DNA of 64,000 bases from a virus: IMG/VR virus record IMGVR_UViG_3300024346_003797, positions 1-64,000 of that record; one strand, written 5' to 3'. Position numbers and translations under genes: made by a program. How positions within the stretch are numbered: position 1 is the stretch's first letter; each line of letters begins with the position of its first letter. Shown here in pieces: positions 48,023-58,920 of the stretch. Under the pieces are notes generated by a model that was given only the letters and a program-made list of their open reading frames with translations, did not search any database and had not been told where the DNA came from.

Positions 48023-48780
48023 GTAAAGGGTTTGTTATTATGGCACAAGATACTGATAAGGTTAGCTACACTAACTGTGCCAAAGCATTAGAACTAAGCA
48101 TCAAACGTGTCATGCCTAATAGTAATGTAACAATAATTACCAGTGATATGCTACCATATGGTGACCTGGGTGGCTATGCAAATGATTGGCAAGTATATGA
48201 ATGTAGTCCATATGATGAAACAATCAAACTAGAAGCTGATATGTTTTTTACCCGCAATATTGACCATTGGTGGGATATATTAAGTATTAACGATGTGGTT
48301 GTGTCAAATACTATACGTAACTTTAAAGGAGATATATCTGACTGTAGAGTATATCGTAGATTTATAGATGATAATCAATTACCCGACTGTTACAATGCAA
48401 TTACATACTTTAAAAAATCTGAAACAGCTAAACAGTTTTATACTGTAGTTAAAGATGTATTTGAGAACTGGGAAGAATACAAACTTGTACTTAAATGTAA
48501 TCCAAATGAAGAGGTAAGCACAGATTGGGCATATGCATTAGCATGTCATATTATTGGTGTAGAAAAAACAATGCTACCTGACTTTACTGAAATGAGTATG
48601 GTACACATGAAACGTTATGTTAATGGTTTGCCCAGTGAAGACTGGACTAATACATTGGTATATGAGTTATTACCCGATACTATCAGAATAAATTCCTACC
48701 CACAATTATACCCGTTACACTATCATGTGAAATCATTTAGTGATATAATATTAGAAAGCTACAAATGGAACACATATTAA
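48019..48780 (+). CDS. GT-A-fold glycosyltransferase-like paralog (ExD variant)
   Basis: WQVYECSPYDETIKLEADM, YNAITYFKKS, STDWAYALA align with the upstream gene. Confidence 0.55.
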   Translation: MSKGFVIMAQDTDKVSYTNCAKALELSIKRVMPNSNVTIITSDMLPYGDLGGYANDWQVYECSPYDETIKLEADMFFTRNIDHWWDILSINDVVVSNTIRNFKGDISDCRVYRRFIDDNQLPDCYNAITYFKKSETAKQFYTVVKDVFENWEEYKLVLKCNPNEEVSTDWAYALACHIIGVEKTMLPDFTEMSMVHMKRYVNGLPSEDWTNTLVYELLPDTIRINSYPQLYPLHYHVKSFSDIILESYKWNTY

Positions 48781-49097
48781 TTTGGGAAGCACCACCTATC
48801 ATCAAACCTGAGTTTAGGTTATATTATGATGATAAAGGTAAGGTGTTGTTTTATACATGTGACAAACCTGAAGGTAAATACATAGTTATTGATGCTAATA
48901 CATTTGCACAAGGACGTCCGGATATTAGAGTAGTTGATGGTAAAATCGCATCAGTTGATTCCGGAGCAGTTGTATCCAAACTAATATTAAATATTGAAGG
49001 TATATCTTGCGCTAGCGAAGATATTAGTATTGTAGTAGATGAAACGTATGATGGTGAAACTAATAAATGGAAATTAATAACATATGAACTTGGATGA
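48765..49097 (+). CDS. Hypothetical protein
   Basis: 110 aa, overlaps both neighbours. EFRLYYDDKGKVLFYTC. Confidence 0.6.
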   Translation: MEHILIWEAPPIIKPEFRLYYDDKGKVLFYTCDKPEGKYIVIDANTFAQGRPDIRVVDGKIASVDSGAVVSKLILNIEGISCASEDISIVVDETYDGETNKWKLITYELG

Positions 49098-50037
49098 TAT
49101 TATTGATGTAGCAGATTTAGATTGTATCTATCTTAGCTATGATGAACCACAAAAAGAAGAATTTTGGCTAAAGATTAAAAACATGGTGCCTTGGGCTAAA
49201 CGTGTTGATAGTGTTAAGGGATCTGATGCGGCACACAAAGCCGCAGGTGAAGCGAGTGATACAGAACGCTTTATATTGATTGACGGCGACAATATGCCAG
49301 AAGAAAGCTTCTTCAACATTCAGTTAGATTTTACTGATAAGGATGAAACCTTTCGTAAAGCACAGTTTCGTTGGAAGGCGGTTAATAGTATCAATGGACT
49401 ACGCTATGGCAATGGCGGTATGAGTTCATGGACAAAAACTTATGTGCGTGAAATGAAAACACATGAGCATCAAAATGAAGGTGATGTTTCACGAATAGCT
49501 GACTTTTGTTTAGACAGCAAAGACAACTTATATTGGGCAATGCATGATTGTTACTCTACTACTTATCCTAATTATACTCCGTTTCAAGCGTGGCGTGCTG
49601 GTTTCCGAGAAGGAGTCAAAATGGTGCTCGACCGAGGAGCGAAACCATCAGTCGACCAATTCAAAGAAACTGTAGCAACACGTAATCTCAACAATCTAAC
49701 GATCTGGCATAACATAGGTCGTGATGTAGAGTACGGCGACTGGGCTATTTATGGCGCACGACTAGGTACATACATGACCATGCTCACCGAGTGGGATCCT
49801 ACTAATGTGCAATGGTTTGATAACTATACAGTACTATGGGAAGAGCATTCACATAGAGATCCTGACCGTGAATCGGCATTACTCGGAGCTTCATTGCAAG
49901 ACAAATTGGGACTACCTATGCATCACTTTGATGGAGGACAAAGCAAGTTCTTCAAACGTCATTATAAAGCAGACTTTAGAAATATAGGTCCGTTAGTAAC
50001 TGAAATGGAAGTTATTCGTAAGATTGAAGGCTGGTAA
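49084..50037 (+). CDS. GT-A-like glycosyltransferase
   Basis: IYLSYDEP, RVDSVKGSDAAHKAA, FILIDGDN (DxD), NGLRYGNGG, QAWRAGFREGVK. Confidence 0.6.
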   Translation: MNLDDIIDVADLDCIYLSYDEPQKEEFWLKIKNMVPWAKRVDSVKGSDAAHKAAGEASDTERFILIDGDNMPEESFFNIQLDFTDKDETFRKAQFRWKAVNSINGLRYGNGGMSSWTKTYVREMKTHEHQNEGDVSRIADFCLDSKDNLYWAMHDCYSTTYPNYTPFQAWRAGFREGVKMVLDRGAKPSVDQFKETVATRNLNNLTIWHNIGRDVEYGDWAIYGARLGTYMTMLTEWDPTNVQWFDNYTVLWEEHSHRDPDRESALLGASLQDKLGLPMHHFDGGQSKFFKRHYKADFRNIGPLVTEMEVIRKIEGW

Positions 50038-50038
50038 T

Positions 50039-51466
50039 ATGAGTGAAAATATAAAAGGCGATGAAGTTAGCAAAGTTGATGGCAAGTTTCAAAGCTTATA
50101 TCAAAACTCATCTGAACAAGTACTAAAAGAACTTAACAAAGTAAGCCCAAGCTTTTGTTTAGCTAAGTGGTATAATGTAAGTATTCATATTCCTACAGGT
50201 AGAACACATAGTTGCTATCATCCTCCTACTCATCCTATTCCATTGGAAGAAGTAAAGATTGATGTAAGCGCATTACATAATACCAAATATAAAAAAGAAC
50301 AACGCAAACTAATGTTAGAGGGCAACCGCCCTGATGAATGTAACTTCTGTTGGGAAATAGAAGATAGCGGTAATCAATTAAGCGATAGAGCATACAGAAG
50401 TAAAGATGTATTTGCCCCGGGTATGATTGAGGAAGCAGTTAAGATTGGTCATGACGGTAATCCTAAGCCCAGGTATGTAGAAGTTAACTTCAATCAAGCA
50501 TGTAACTTTAAATGTACTTATTGTAGTCCACATCTATCTACTGCTTGGATGCAAGATATTGAAAAGAATGGAGCATTCATATTAGCAGATAGATGGCATA
50601 ATGACATGACTTGGATGAAGCAAGCCAATATGATTCCAAACAATAGGTCAGACAATCAATATGTTGAAGCATTCTGGGAATGGCTACCCGATATATATCC
50701 CACACTACAAACATTTCGTATGACCGGCGGTGAGCCGTTGATGGATAAAAACACTTTTAAGATGTTTGAGTACGTTAAGGATCACCCAAAGAAAGACTTA
50801 CAATTAAGTTTAACTAGTAACTGTTGCCCTCCTGCAGGTCAGTGGGATAGGTTTATGCAGGGTCTAAAGGATATCACTGATGCAGATGCTGTAGATCATT
50901 TTATGTTATTTTGTAGTTTAGACAGTTGGGGTAAGCAGGCTGAATATATCCGTACTGGTATGGATTTTGAATTACTAGAGAAAAATATTATTGACTTTTT
51001 AATCAATAGTCAAAAGCATAGTTTAACATTTATCGTAACATTCAATGCACTAAGTTATACAGGCTGGGTAGAATATGTTAAACAAATACATAATATGCGT
51101 AAAACATATTGTACTGATAGACAACTGATTTGGTTTGATGTTCCTATGTTATCTAGTCCTGAATGGCTTAACCCTAGATTATTCCCAGAACTTATTACAG
51201 AGCTTGAGAAGTCAGTTAAATATATGAGTGAAAACAAAGAGGCAGATCATAACAGATTTAAAGGCTTCAAAGATTTTGAAATTAATAAAGTTGAAAGACT
51301 TATCGATTGGGTAAAAACCGAAAGCGATTTTAATAGAAGTTTAGCAATGAAAAACTTTTATCTGTACTTCACTGAACATGATAAACGTAGAGGAACAAAC
51401 TTCTTAGAAACCTTCCCCGAATTAACTGAACAATGGAATAAATGTAAGGACGAACATGGACGATAG
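50039..51466 (+). CDS. Radical SAM protein 1, N-terminal Twitch/SPASM-like domain
   Basis: CNFKCTYC, TGGEP. N-terminal C..KW...SCYH...CNFCW. Start re-assigned to ATG 50039. Confidence 0.9.
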   Translation: MSENIKGDEVSKVDGKFQSLYQNSSEQVLKELNKVSPSFCLAKWYNVSIHIPTGRTHSCYHPPTHPIPLEEVKIDVSALHNTKYKKEQRKLMLEGNRPDECNFCWEIEDSGNQLSDRAYRSKDVFAPGMIEEAVKIGHDGNPKPRYVEVNFNQACNFKCTYCSPHLSTAWMQDIEKNGAFILADRWHNDMTWMKQANMIPNNRSDNQYVEAFWEWLPDIYPTLQTFRMTGGEPLMDKNTFKMFEYVKDHPKKDLQLSLTSNCCPPAGQWDRFMQGLKDITDADAVDHFMLFCSLDSWGKQAEYIRTGMDFELLEKNIIDFLINSQKHSLTFIVTFNALSYTGWVEYVKQIHNMRKTYCTDRQLIWFDVPMLSSPEWLNPRLFPELITELEKSVKYMSENKEADHNRFKGFKDFEINKVERLIDWVKTESDFNRSLAMKNFYLYFTEHDKRRGTNFLETFPELTEQWNKCKDEHGR

Positions 51467-52814
51467 AGTTGTATTTGTAAAAAACGTAAGAGATAGATTA
51501 AATGCAGTAAGCCCAAGCTTCTGTGCAATGAAATGGCTACATCAAACATTGTATCTACATACAGGTGATAATCATAGTTGTTATCATCCTAGACCACATC
51601 ATATCCCATTAGATGAAATTGCGGTTGATCCAAGCGCATTACATAACACTAAATGGAAAAAAGAGCAACGTAAAAAGATGCTTGAAGGCGAGCGTCCTGG
51701 TGAATGTTACTATTGCTGGAACATCGAAGACCTAGAAGGAGATCATATCAGTGATAGAATGATACATAGTTCAAGTGATTTTAGCGAACCTCTCATTGAA
51801 AAACTAGGACAAATGCCATGGGATGCACCTGTTAACCCACGCTATTTAGAAGTTAGCTTTGGCAATGCATGTAACTATCGTTGCGGATACTGTAGCCCAC
51901 AAGCTAGTACAATGTGGATGGAAGAAATCAAAAAGCATGGCAACTATGACTTAACATATAACCAGTATGGTATTGACTTTTTAACATCAGGTACGTATTA
52001 TGGTCCTAAAGAAGAAAACCCATATATTGAAGCATTCTGGAAGTGGTGGCCTAGTTTAAGAAATGATTTGCACACACTACGCATTACAGGTGGTGAGCCA
52101 CTAATGAATCCGGGTGCTATGCAGTTCTTTGATTTACTAGAAGATGAGCCTGCACCAAACTTAGAAATCACATTGAATAGTAACTTGGGAGTCACGTTTG
52201 ACAGAGTTGACAGATTAATTGAACGTGTAGGATCATTAACATCACAAAATAAAATACGTAAGTTTAGCTTCTTTACTAGTATTGAAGGCTGGGGAGAACA
52301 AGCTGAATATATGCGTACAGGTATGAAGTGTGACCACTGGGAAAGAAACATGAAAGCAATCATGAAGACCGGTGCAACTATCAATTTGATGTGTACATTT
52401 AATGTATTATGTGTAGCAACATTTGAGAATTTGTTACACAAAGTCATTGAATGGCGCAAAGAGTTTGGTAAGCATAGTGTTGGCCTTGATACTCCTTATT
52501 TGAAAGAACCTCCCCACTGGATGATTAACATATTGACTCCTGATTTTATCCCGCACATGGACAAAACATTGAAGTTTATTCAGGATAATCCAGAACACTT
52601 CCATGCAGTAGAATATGAAAAGTTCAAGCGGGTCACTAACTATATGAAAGAACATGTGATTAGTGAAGACAAGATCCGTGCAGGACGCAGAGATTTCTAT
52701 AGCTTCTTCTCAGAAAATGATAAACGATTGGGTACTGATTTGATTAAAACATTCCCGCAATATGAAGAATTTTACAAACTATGTAAGGATGTTTATGACA
52801 ACTATGATAAATGA
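51456..52814 (+). CDS. Radical SAM protein 2, paralog of protein 1
   Basis: CNYRCGYC, TGGEP. N-terminal CAMKW...SCYH...CYYCW. Confidence 0.9.
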   Translation: MDDRVVFVKNVRDRLNAVSPSFCAMKWLHQTLYLHTGDNHSCYHPRPHHIPLDEIAVDPSALHNTKWKKEQRKKMLEGERPGECYYCWNIEDLEGDHISDRMIHSSSDFSEPLIEKLGQMPWDAPVNPRYLEVSFGNACNYRCGYCSPQASTMWMEEIKKHGNYDLTYNQYGIDFLTSGTYYGPKEENPYIEAFWKWWPSLRNDLHTLRITGGEPLMNPGAMQFFDLLEDEPAPNLEITLNSNLGVTFDRVDRLIERVGSLTSQNKIRKFSFFTSIEGWGEQAEYMRTGMKCDHWERNMKAIMKTGATINLMCTFNVLCVATFENLLHKVIEWRKEFGKHSVGLDTPYLKEPPHWMINILTPDFIPHMDKTLKFIQDNPEHFHAVEYEKFKRVTNYMKEHVISEDKIRAGRRDFYSFFSENDKRLGTDLIKTFPQYEEFYKLCKDVYDNYDK

Positions 52815-54027
52815 AACTAACAAACATTCTTGGTGTGTGAATGCATATCACGCAATGAGTGCAAACAATGATGGTAGCACCAAAACATGTTGTATGATTG
52901 GAGAAGAATACAATAGATTATCTAAAACTTCTAATGAATATTATATTGGTGTAAAAAGCATTAAAGAAAACTTTGATTGTGATGCCGCACAAACTATTAG
53001 AGATAATCTCTCAAATGGTATAAGAGATAATGCATGTCGTCTATGTTGGCAGGAAGAAGATGGTGGCAGAAAAAGTAAACGTTTACGTGATAATGATAAG
53101 TATATCCACGCCATCACGTATGATAATCAAAAACCATTCACAGGTCTTGCTAAAGTAGAATTAAACTTAGGTAACAATTGCAACATTAAGTGCAGAACAT
53201 GTCACCCCACTATCAGTTCTACTTGGATGAAAGAAGCATTTGACTTGGATCATGCACCACAAAACACTACCTATAAAGAATTTAGTATCGGCATGAAAAA
53301 ATACCATCAACATTACGATGATGAAAGTAGCTTTTGGCCTGACTTAACAGAGAACTTGGAAACAATCAAGCAGTTTGATTTTTACGGTGGTGAACCATTC
53401 TTAAGCAAAAAGATGTGGGAAATACTACGTATATGCGTTGAGCGTGGTTATGCTAAAGATATTGAATTGCATTATAATACGAACGGTACAGTATGGCCCA
53501 AAGATGTTGAACTATGGAAGCACTTTCGTTCAGTAAACATTAGCTTTAGTATAGATGGCGTTGGGGAACGGTTTGAATATATGCGATATCCTGCAAACTG
53601 GGAAGAAGTAAAATTAAATATGCAAAAAGCGATTGATTTTAATAATACTCATAACAACTTATATTTAAGTTGGTGTATGACATTGAGTAGTTTAAACATA
53701 TATTACTTGCCTGAACTACTAGATGAATATTATAATAACTGGACTGGTATGGGATTCTACTTAAATCTTGTACATAATCCAAATCATTTCAATATAAGTA
53801 AAATGTCCCCTGAAGCAAAAGAAGCTGTAATTGCACAGTTAAATAATATTCCCAAAGAATATGAAAACGCATGGCATCAGCTTCCTGGTATTATTGGGTT
53901 CATGACCGGCGGTGAATATGAGCCTGCTGTTTGGGAACACATGCTGAAAACTATTGATAAGCATGATAACTATAGAGAACAAGATTTCTCTAAAACATTT
54001 AGCGAATTTGCAAAGGCGATAAGATGA
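52795..54027 (+). CDS. Radical SAM protein 3, N-terminal Twitch/SPASM-like domain
   Basis: CNIKCRTC, YGGEP. N-terminal WCV...G..KTCC...CRLCW. Start 52795 (after AAGGA) or 52804. Confidence 0.9.
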   Translation: MTTMINETNKHSWCVNAYHAMSANNDGSTKTCCMIGEEYNRLSKTSNEYYIGVKSIKENFDCDAAQTIRDNLSNGIRDNACRLCWQEEDGGRKSKRLRDNDKYIHAITYDNQKPFTGLAKVELNLGNNCNIKCRTCHPTISSTWMKEAFDLDHAPQNTTYKEFSIGMKKYHQHYDDESSFWPDLTENLETIKQFDFYGGEPFLSKKMWEILRICVERGYAKDIELHYNTNGTVWPKDVELWKHFRSVNISFSIDGVGERFEYMRYPANWEEVKLNMQKAIDFNNTHNNLYLSWCMTLSSLNIYYLPELLDEYYNNWTGMGFYLNLVHNPNHFNISKMSPEAKEAVIAQLNNIPKEYENAWHQLPGIIGFMTGGEYEPAVWEHMLKTIDKHDNYREQDFSKTFSEFAKAIR

Positions 54028-55319
54028 GCGAACAATTCTGGAAATCTAATAACTTAATGCAGATGCACATTGAGTTAACTAACTTATGTAATGCAGCCTG
54101 TCCTATGTGTGTTAGATTTTATAATAATAGTACGCTTACTCGTCCGGATCTAGAGTTTGGTCAAATTACTATTGATAAATTTAAAAAATACTTCCCACCT
54201 GAAATCATACGTAAATGTAATCTTATCTTATTCTGCGGAGTACACGGAGATCCGTGTATTGCTAAAGATATGTATGAGATATGTGAATATATTGCTGAGT
54301 GTTCAACAGGCACCGCAGTACGTGTTAATACCAATGGCGGGATGCGTAAGAGTGAATGGTGGAGTAAATTAGGTAAACTATTTGCAAAGCATAAACACGG
54401 ATTAGTAGATGAATACTGGGAAATAACATTCAGTATTGATGGATTAGAAGATACAAATCATTTGTATCGTAGAAATGTAGAATGGTCTGCATTGATGGAA
54501 AACGTAAAGGCTTATATTAATGCCGGTGGCGGAGCAGCTTGGGATTATTTAATATTTAAACATAATGAACATCAAATATTAGAAGCAAAACAATTAAGTG
54601 AAACTATTGGATTTAGAGAGTTTATACCTAAAAAAGCCTTAGGTGTTGATTCGTACAGTGCAAATCAACTAACCATCATGCCTGCATTGAATAAAGAAGG
54701 TGAGTTAGATTATATCATTGAGGCACCAGTCAACCCAAAAAATAGAAATATGTTTAATCCCAATGGTACTATGCCATTGACATATTGGTCCTTTAAAGTA
54801 GATGAATATCGTAAACTTAAAGATGATAAAGAAAACACAACAAGAAAATATAACGAAACTGCATCAAGGATTTACGTAGATGTTATTAATAATGAGAGCT
54901 TTGATGACCAAGACTCTTGTAGTATCTCATGTAAGTCTAAAACACCTAAAGGTGGCACAGAGATATTTGTAGATAACTTTGGACGAGTAATGCCTTGTTG
55001 TTATATAGGTACACATTTGAATGGTAAATATAACGATGTTGCATCTATGCAGTTGTTTAATCATATGAATCAATATGGATGGGATAACTTTAACTTAGAT
55101 TTACATACACTAGAAGAAATTCTTAATGGAGGTCATTTAGATAGAGTGTTTGCAGATTCATGGAATAAAGACTCTGTAAAGAACGGTAAGTTAGCATACT
55201 GTGCTAATACATGTGGAAAAAAATCATCAATAGATAAAATCTTTTCCCATGAGTTAAATGACAAAGCAACAGCTATGGAGCAGTATAGAATAAACAATAG
55301 TGAATGCAAGTTCGATTAA
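54024..55319 (+). CDS. Radical SAM protein 4, C-terminal Twitch/SPASM-like domain
   Basis: CNAACPMC, CGVHGDP, NTNGG, SIDG. C-terminal CKSK...GRVMPCCY...CANTC. Confidence 0.9.
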   Translation: MSEQFWKSNNLMQMHIELTNLCNAACPMCVRFYNNSTLTRPDLEFGQITIDKFKKYFPPEIIRKCNLILFCGVHGDPCIAKDMYEICEYIAECSTGTAVRVNTNGGMRKSEWWSKLGKLFAKHKHGLVDEYWEITFSIDGLEDTNHLYRRNVEWSALMENVKAYINAGGGAAWDYLIFKHNEHQILEAKQLSETIGFREFIPKKALGVDSYSANQLTIMPALNKEGELDYIIEAPVNPKNRNMFNPNGTMPLTYWSFKVDEYRKLKDDKENTTRKYNETASRIYVDVINNESFDDQDSCSISCKSKTPKGGTEIFVDNFGRVMPCCYIGTHLNGKYNDVASMQLFNHMNQYGWDNFNLDLHTLEEILNGGHLDRVFADSWNKDSVKNGKLAYCANTCGKKSSIDKIFSHELNDKATAMEQYRINNSECKFD

Positions 55320-55333
55320 TATAGGATATTATA

Positions 55334-56554
55334 ATGAATGAAAAAACTTTTTGCAGTTTACCCTTTACTGGGGTATTTTTAGGTAGTGATGGTGGTGTAA
55401 GACCTTGTTGTTCATTACGGGGAGAACTAGGTAATATTAATGAAAATTCGCTTGACGAAATTATTAACGGGGAAATAGCAACATCTATTCGGACATCCAT
55501 TGTTAACAACGAATGGCATACTATGTGTAGTCAATGTCAAGAGTTAGAAAGTAGAGGAGCTAGGACAGAACGAGTAGGTACATTACATTTATATGATGAG
55601 TTGAATACTCTTACAGAAAAAGACTTTAAGCTAACAAAGCTAGATTTACGTTGGAGCAATACTTGTAACTTAACTTGTAATTATTGTTACGAGTATTTTA
55701 GTTCAAAATGGGCTGAAATTAAAGGAATCAAAGTTAATGCAAATAAAGATATAGCAGAGGAAAAGGTCTTTTCTTTCATTGAAGAAAACATGAAAAAAAA
55801 TCCGGATGTTAAGTACAATGTTAACTTGTTGGGAGGAGAGCCATTATTACAGAAGCCTAACTCTAAACTCCTAGATACAATAAGTAGTAGATCCGATATA
55901 TACATATTGACCAATTTAACCGTCCCTTTAGAAACAAATAAAATAGCATCTAAACTATTAGAGGGTGATAATGTCGCATGGGGTATAAGTTTTGAAACAA
56001 TAGGTAAGCGTTTTGAACATGTTAGATATGGTGGAGATTGGGCTCAACTTGTAAAAAACCTACGATATTTGCGTGATAGTAAAGTTAGATCCATTGATTC
56101 CCATCCTTTGTATTGTGTATATAGTGCATTTAATTTAGTAGAATACATGGAGTTCATAGCAGAAGAAGGATATTTTAACAAACAATATTGGCAGGTATTG
56201 CAGAACACTGCTGGATTAGATGTGTATCAACTATCATACCCAATGAAAGTAAAGGCAATGAAAGAGTTAGAGATATGCTTTGATAGATTTGATAAACATT
56301 TTGACCTATCATTATTGAAATCGGTTCATACAGGACTAGAAGCTTCAATGGATATACAATATTATAATAGTGAAGCGGCATTTACTTGGCTATCAGATTT
56401 AGATAAATCTATACCCGGACAAAAACAAGCATTCATCGATTTATGGCCTGAAGTATATAGTGATATGCAACGCACCCGTACTTGGGAACTGAACAGTTCC
56501 GGTAAATATTTAGCGGACTCTAACAACCGCCCCACTTATAAACCAGACAACTGA
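55334..56554 (+). CDS. Radical SAM protein 5, N-terminal Twitch/SPASM-like domain
   Basis: CNLTCNYC, LGGEP. N-terminal CSLPF...DGGVRPCC...CSQC. Confidence 0.9.
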   Translation: MNEKTFCSLPFTGVFLGSDGGVRPCCSLRGELGNINENSLDEIINGEIATSIRTSIVNNEWHTMCSQCQELESRGARTERVGTLHLYDELNTLTEKDFKLTKLDLRWSNTCNLTCNYCYEYFSSKWAEIKGIKVNANKDIAEEKVFSFIEENMKKNPDVKYNVNLLGGEPLLQKPNSKLLDTISSRSDIYILTNLTVPLETNKIASKLLEGDNVAWGISFETIGKRFEHVRYGGDWAQLVKNLRYLRDSKVRSIDSHPLYCVYSAFNLVEYMEFIAEEGYFNKQYWQVLQNTAGLDVYQLSYPMKVKAMKELEICFDRFDKHFDLSLLKSVHTGLEASMDIQYYNSEAAFTWLSDLDKSIPGQKQAFIDLWPEVYSDMQRTRTWELNSSGKYLADSNNRPTYKPDN

Positions 56555-56555
56555 C

Positions 56556-57797
56556 ATGGCAATATTAAACAGAAATAGATTTCCAATGACATTTACATGG
56601 GGAGGATGTACCTCCTTAGATAAAACTTATATTAATTGGATTGAGAATGGAAAAGATCATAGAATCTTTGGATATAAAGATTATAACGATACTGATTACT
56701 GGTATATTGAGATTATGCACGGGGACGTATTTTATTCATTCCCATTAGAAACACTTATCCCCGACGATGTATTGTATAATATACGACAAGGTAAAGTTGT
56801 TCTAATACTAAGCAACTTTTCTGAATCGTATCATAGCATCGTAGAAGATATATACATCCATACTGTTATTAACGGTAAGATTCCTCCGGAACAAATACTA
56901 TTATATACTAACAGTCCGGATATCATACAAGAAATAAACTTTATAAGCAAACAGTTTAGTCAGAATCCCATTAAGGCACATTTGTTATTTGAGTTTGAAA
57001 TGGGTGCGTCCAATACTATAGCATATTCTGATGACAAGTCAGAAGAAAGTAGATGTTACACTAGTAAAACATTAGAACTTGCTGACTATCCTAAAAAATA
57101 TTTAAGTTACAATGGTATGCGAAGACCACAGCGTGTAAGTATAGTTGCTTTGTTAGCATCCATGGATCTATTAAAGCACGGCTATGTAAGTTATAATTCA
57201 TATGTACGATCGGATGCAGACAACATTGATGCAAAAAGAAACTATGATGAAATGTTATTATGGCATATAGAAAATCCTAGATTTATTGATATCTTGCAAA
57301 ATAATAAGGATATATTGTTAAGCTTAAACAGTTTATACTTAGATACTGAACCGGGTATCACTAGTGGGAAGGCAGGATATCACCAAATCACTAAACAGTT
57401 TTATGAAGAAACTTATTTTAGTGTTGTTACTGAAACGCTTTGTATGAAGAAGTTTAGTAATGACGGTAAAACAGGAATGGGTAGAATATTAAGTGAAAAG
57501 ACCTTTAAGGCTATATTAAATCATCATCCTTTCTTGTTAGTGGCAGTTCCCAGAAGCTTACAGTTTTTAAAGAGCATGGGATATAAAACCTTTCACCCAT
57601 ATATAAACGAAGAATATGATAATGAAACTGACGATTCTACCCGTTTACTAATGATAGCTGATGAAACTAAACGTTTATGTGAGCTTTCTTCGGAACAACT
57701 GCAGGAGTTTTTATTGGCTACTAAAGAAATAGTCAACTACAATTTTCAAGTTTTAAAATCTAAAAAAGGACCGTGGTTGATACCATTGATTAACTAA
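56556..57797 (+). CDS. GT-B/GT10-like glycosyltransferase
   Basis: YFSVVTET...SEKTFKAI..HPF...GYKTFHPYINEEYD resembles the fucosyltransferase-type E...(S/T)EK...P motif. Confidence 0.55.
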   Translation: MAILNRNRFPMTFTWGGCTSLDKTYINWIENGKDHRIFGYKDYNDTDYWYIEIMHGDVFYSFPLETLIPDDVLYNIRQGKVVLILSNFSESYHSIVEDIYIHTVINGKIPPEQILLYTNSPDIIQEINFISKQFSQNPIKAHLLFEFEMGASNTIAYSDDKSEESRCYTSKTLELADYPKKYLSYNGMRRPQRVSIVALLASMDLLKHGYVSYNSYVRSDADNIDAKRNYDEMLLWHIENPRFIDILQNNKDILLSLNSLYLDTEPGITSGKAGYHQITKQFYEETYFSVVTETLCMKKFSNDGKTGMGRILSEKTFKAILNHHPFLLVAVPRSLQFLKSMGYKTFHPYINEEYDNETDDSTRLLMIADETKRLCELSSEQLQEFLLATKEIVNYNFQVLKSKKGPWLIPLIN

Positions 57798-57798
57798 G

Positions 57799-58920
57799 AT
57801 GAGTGACACAAAATACACTGTATATTGGAAAAAAGATACTCGAAATTATTTATATATTAATAAGCCAAAATTATATGAAGAGGCTAATAGAGAACCATAC
57901 AGTGCTTATATTATGTACTATATGGGCACCCCGTTTGAAGAATATGATACACAAGTATTAGACCATTTGCGTAAAGATCCAACTAGTATTATGATTATGA
58001 TACATGACTGGTCTCCTTGCGGATCTCCTCCTACTAGCAATTTGTATTTGGAAAAGATTGAAGCTATTGTTAAGTTTACTAATTTATTACCTGAACAATA
58101 TTATCTGATAACAATGGACACTATAGAAGCGGAAAGCATTAAACATGCATTAGTAGAAAGAGGTATACACATTAACTTTATAGGTAGAAACTCGTTACTA
58201 ATAGATGAGACTATTGTATATGATAAACCCTTAAAGGCACCGGAAAAACTATTTAGTATATTCTGCCGAGCATCTAGAGAATGGAGATTTCACTTCTTTT
58301 GTGATATGATTAAGTATGGGTTGTTAGACAAAAGTATTTATAGTTATATGAAAGCGTCCCCTTACCCGGAAGACCCACACCCTACAGAAATATCAGAAAT
58401 AAAAAAGATGATACCTTTAAAATATCGGCTCTTACCTAAAATTAGAAATGAAATAAATACATGGGTTGATAATATGCCATATACTTTAGTAGAAAACATT
58501 TATGATTATTATTCTCCAATTCTCTTTGATGCAATAAGCAATTCACATATACATATTGTTTTAGAGACAATGGTGATAGGACAAATACATCATGTTACTG
58601 AAAAGACCTGGAAAGCTATATCGGTAAAGAAACCATTTATAATATATGGTGTTTTGGGTAGTTTACAGTGGTTGCACACACGAGGCTACAAAACTTTTCA
58701 CCCATATATAAATGAGGACTATGATTTAGAACAAGATCCAATCAGACGCAAAGACATGATTATACGTGAAATGACAAGGATTTCTAACTTGGCAGATGAT
58801 GAGTTAGCACAATTAATAGAAAACTGTACTCCCACAATAGAGCATAATCATAAACTATTTCTTGAATCAAGAAACTTTAAGTGGCCAGAAGAATTTGCCA
58901 AGCTTGGTATCTTTAAATAA
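57799..58920 (+). CDS. GT-B/GT10-like glycosyltransferase paralog
   Basis: HIVLET...TEKTWKAI..KKPFIIYG...GYKTFHPYINEDYD. Confidence 0.55.
   Translation: MSDTKYTVYWKKDTRNYLYINKPKLYEEANREPYSAYIMYYMGTPFEEYDTQVLDHLRKDPTSIMIMIHDWSPCGSPPTSNLYLEKIEAIVKFTNLLPEQYYLITMDTIEAESIKHALVERGIHINFIGRNSLLIDETIVYDKPLKAPEKLFSIFCRASREWRFHFFCDMIKYGLLDKSIYSYMKASPYPEDPHPTEISEIKKMIPLKYRLLPKIRNEINTWVDNMPYTLVENIYDYYSPILFDAISNSHIHIVLETMVIGQIHHVTEKTWKAISVKKPFIIYGVLGSLQWLHTRGYKTFHPYINEDYDLEQDPIRRKDMIIREMTRISNLADDELAQLIENCTPTIEHNHKLFLESRNFKWPEEFAKLGIFK

Noticed and set aside
50039-56554. RiPP (radical-SAM peptide) biosynthetic cluster
   Set aside because: No precursor peptide, RRE/PqqD domain, peptidase or transporter seen; neighbours are sugar enzymes. 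Direct protein modification remains possible.
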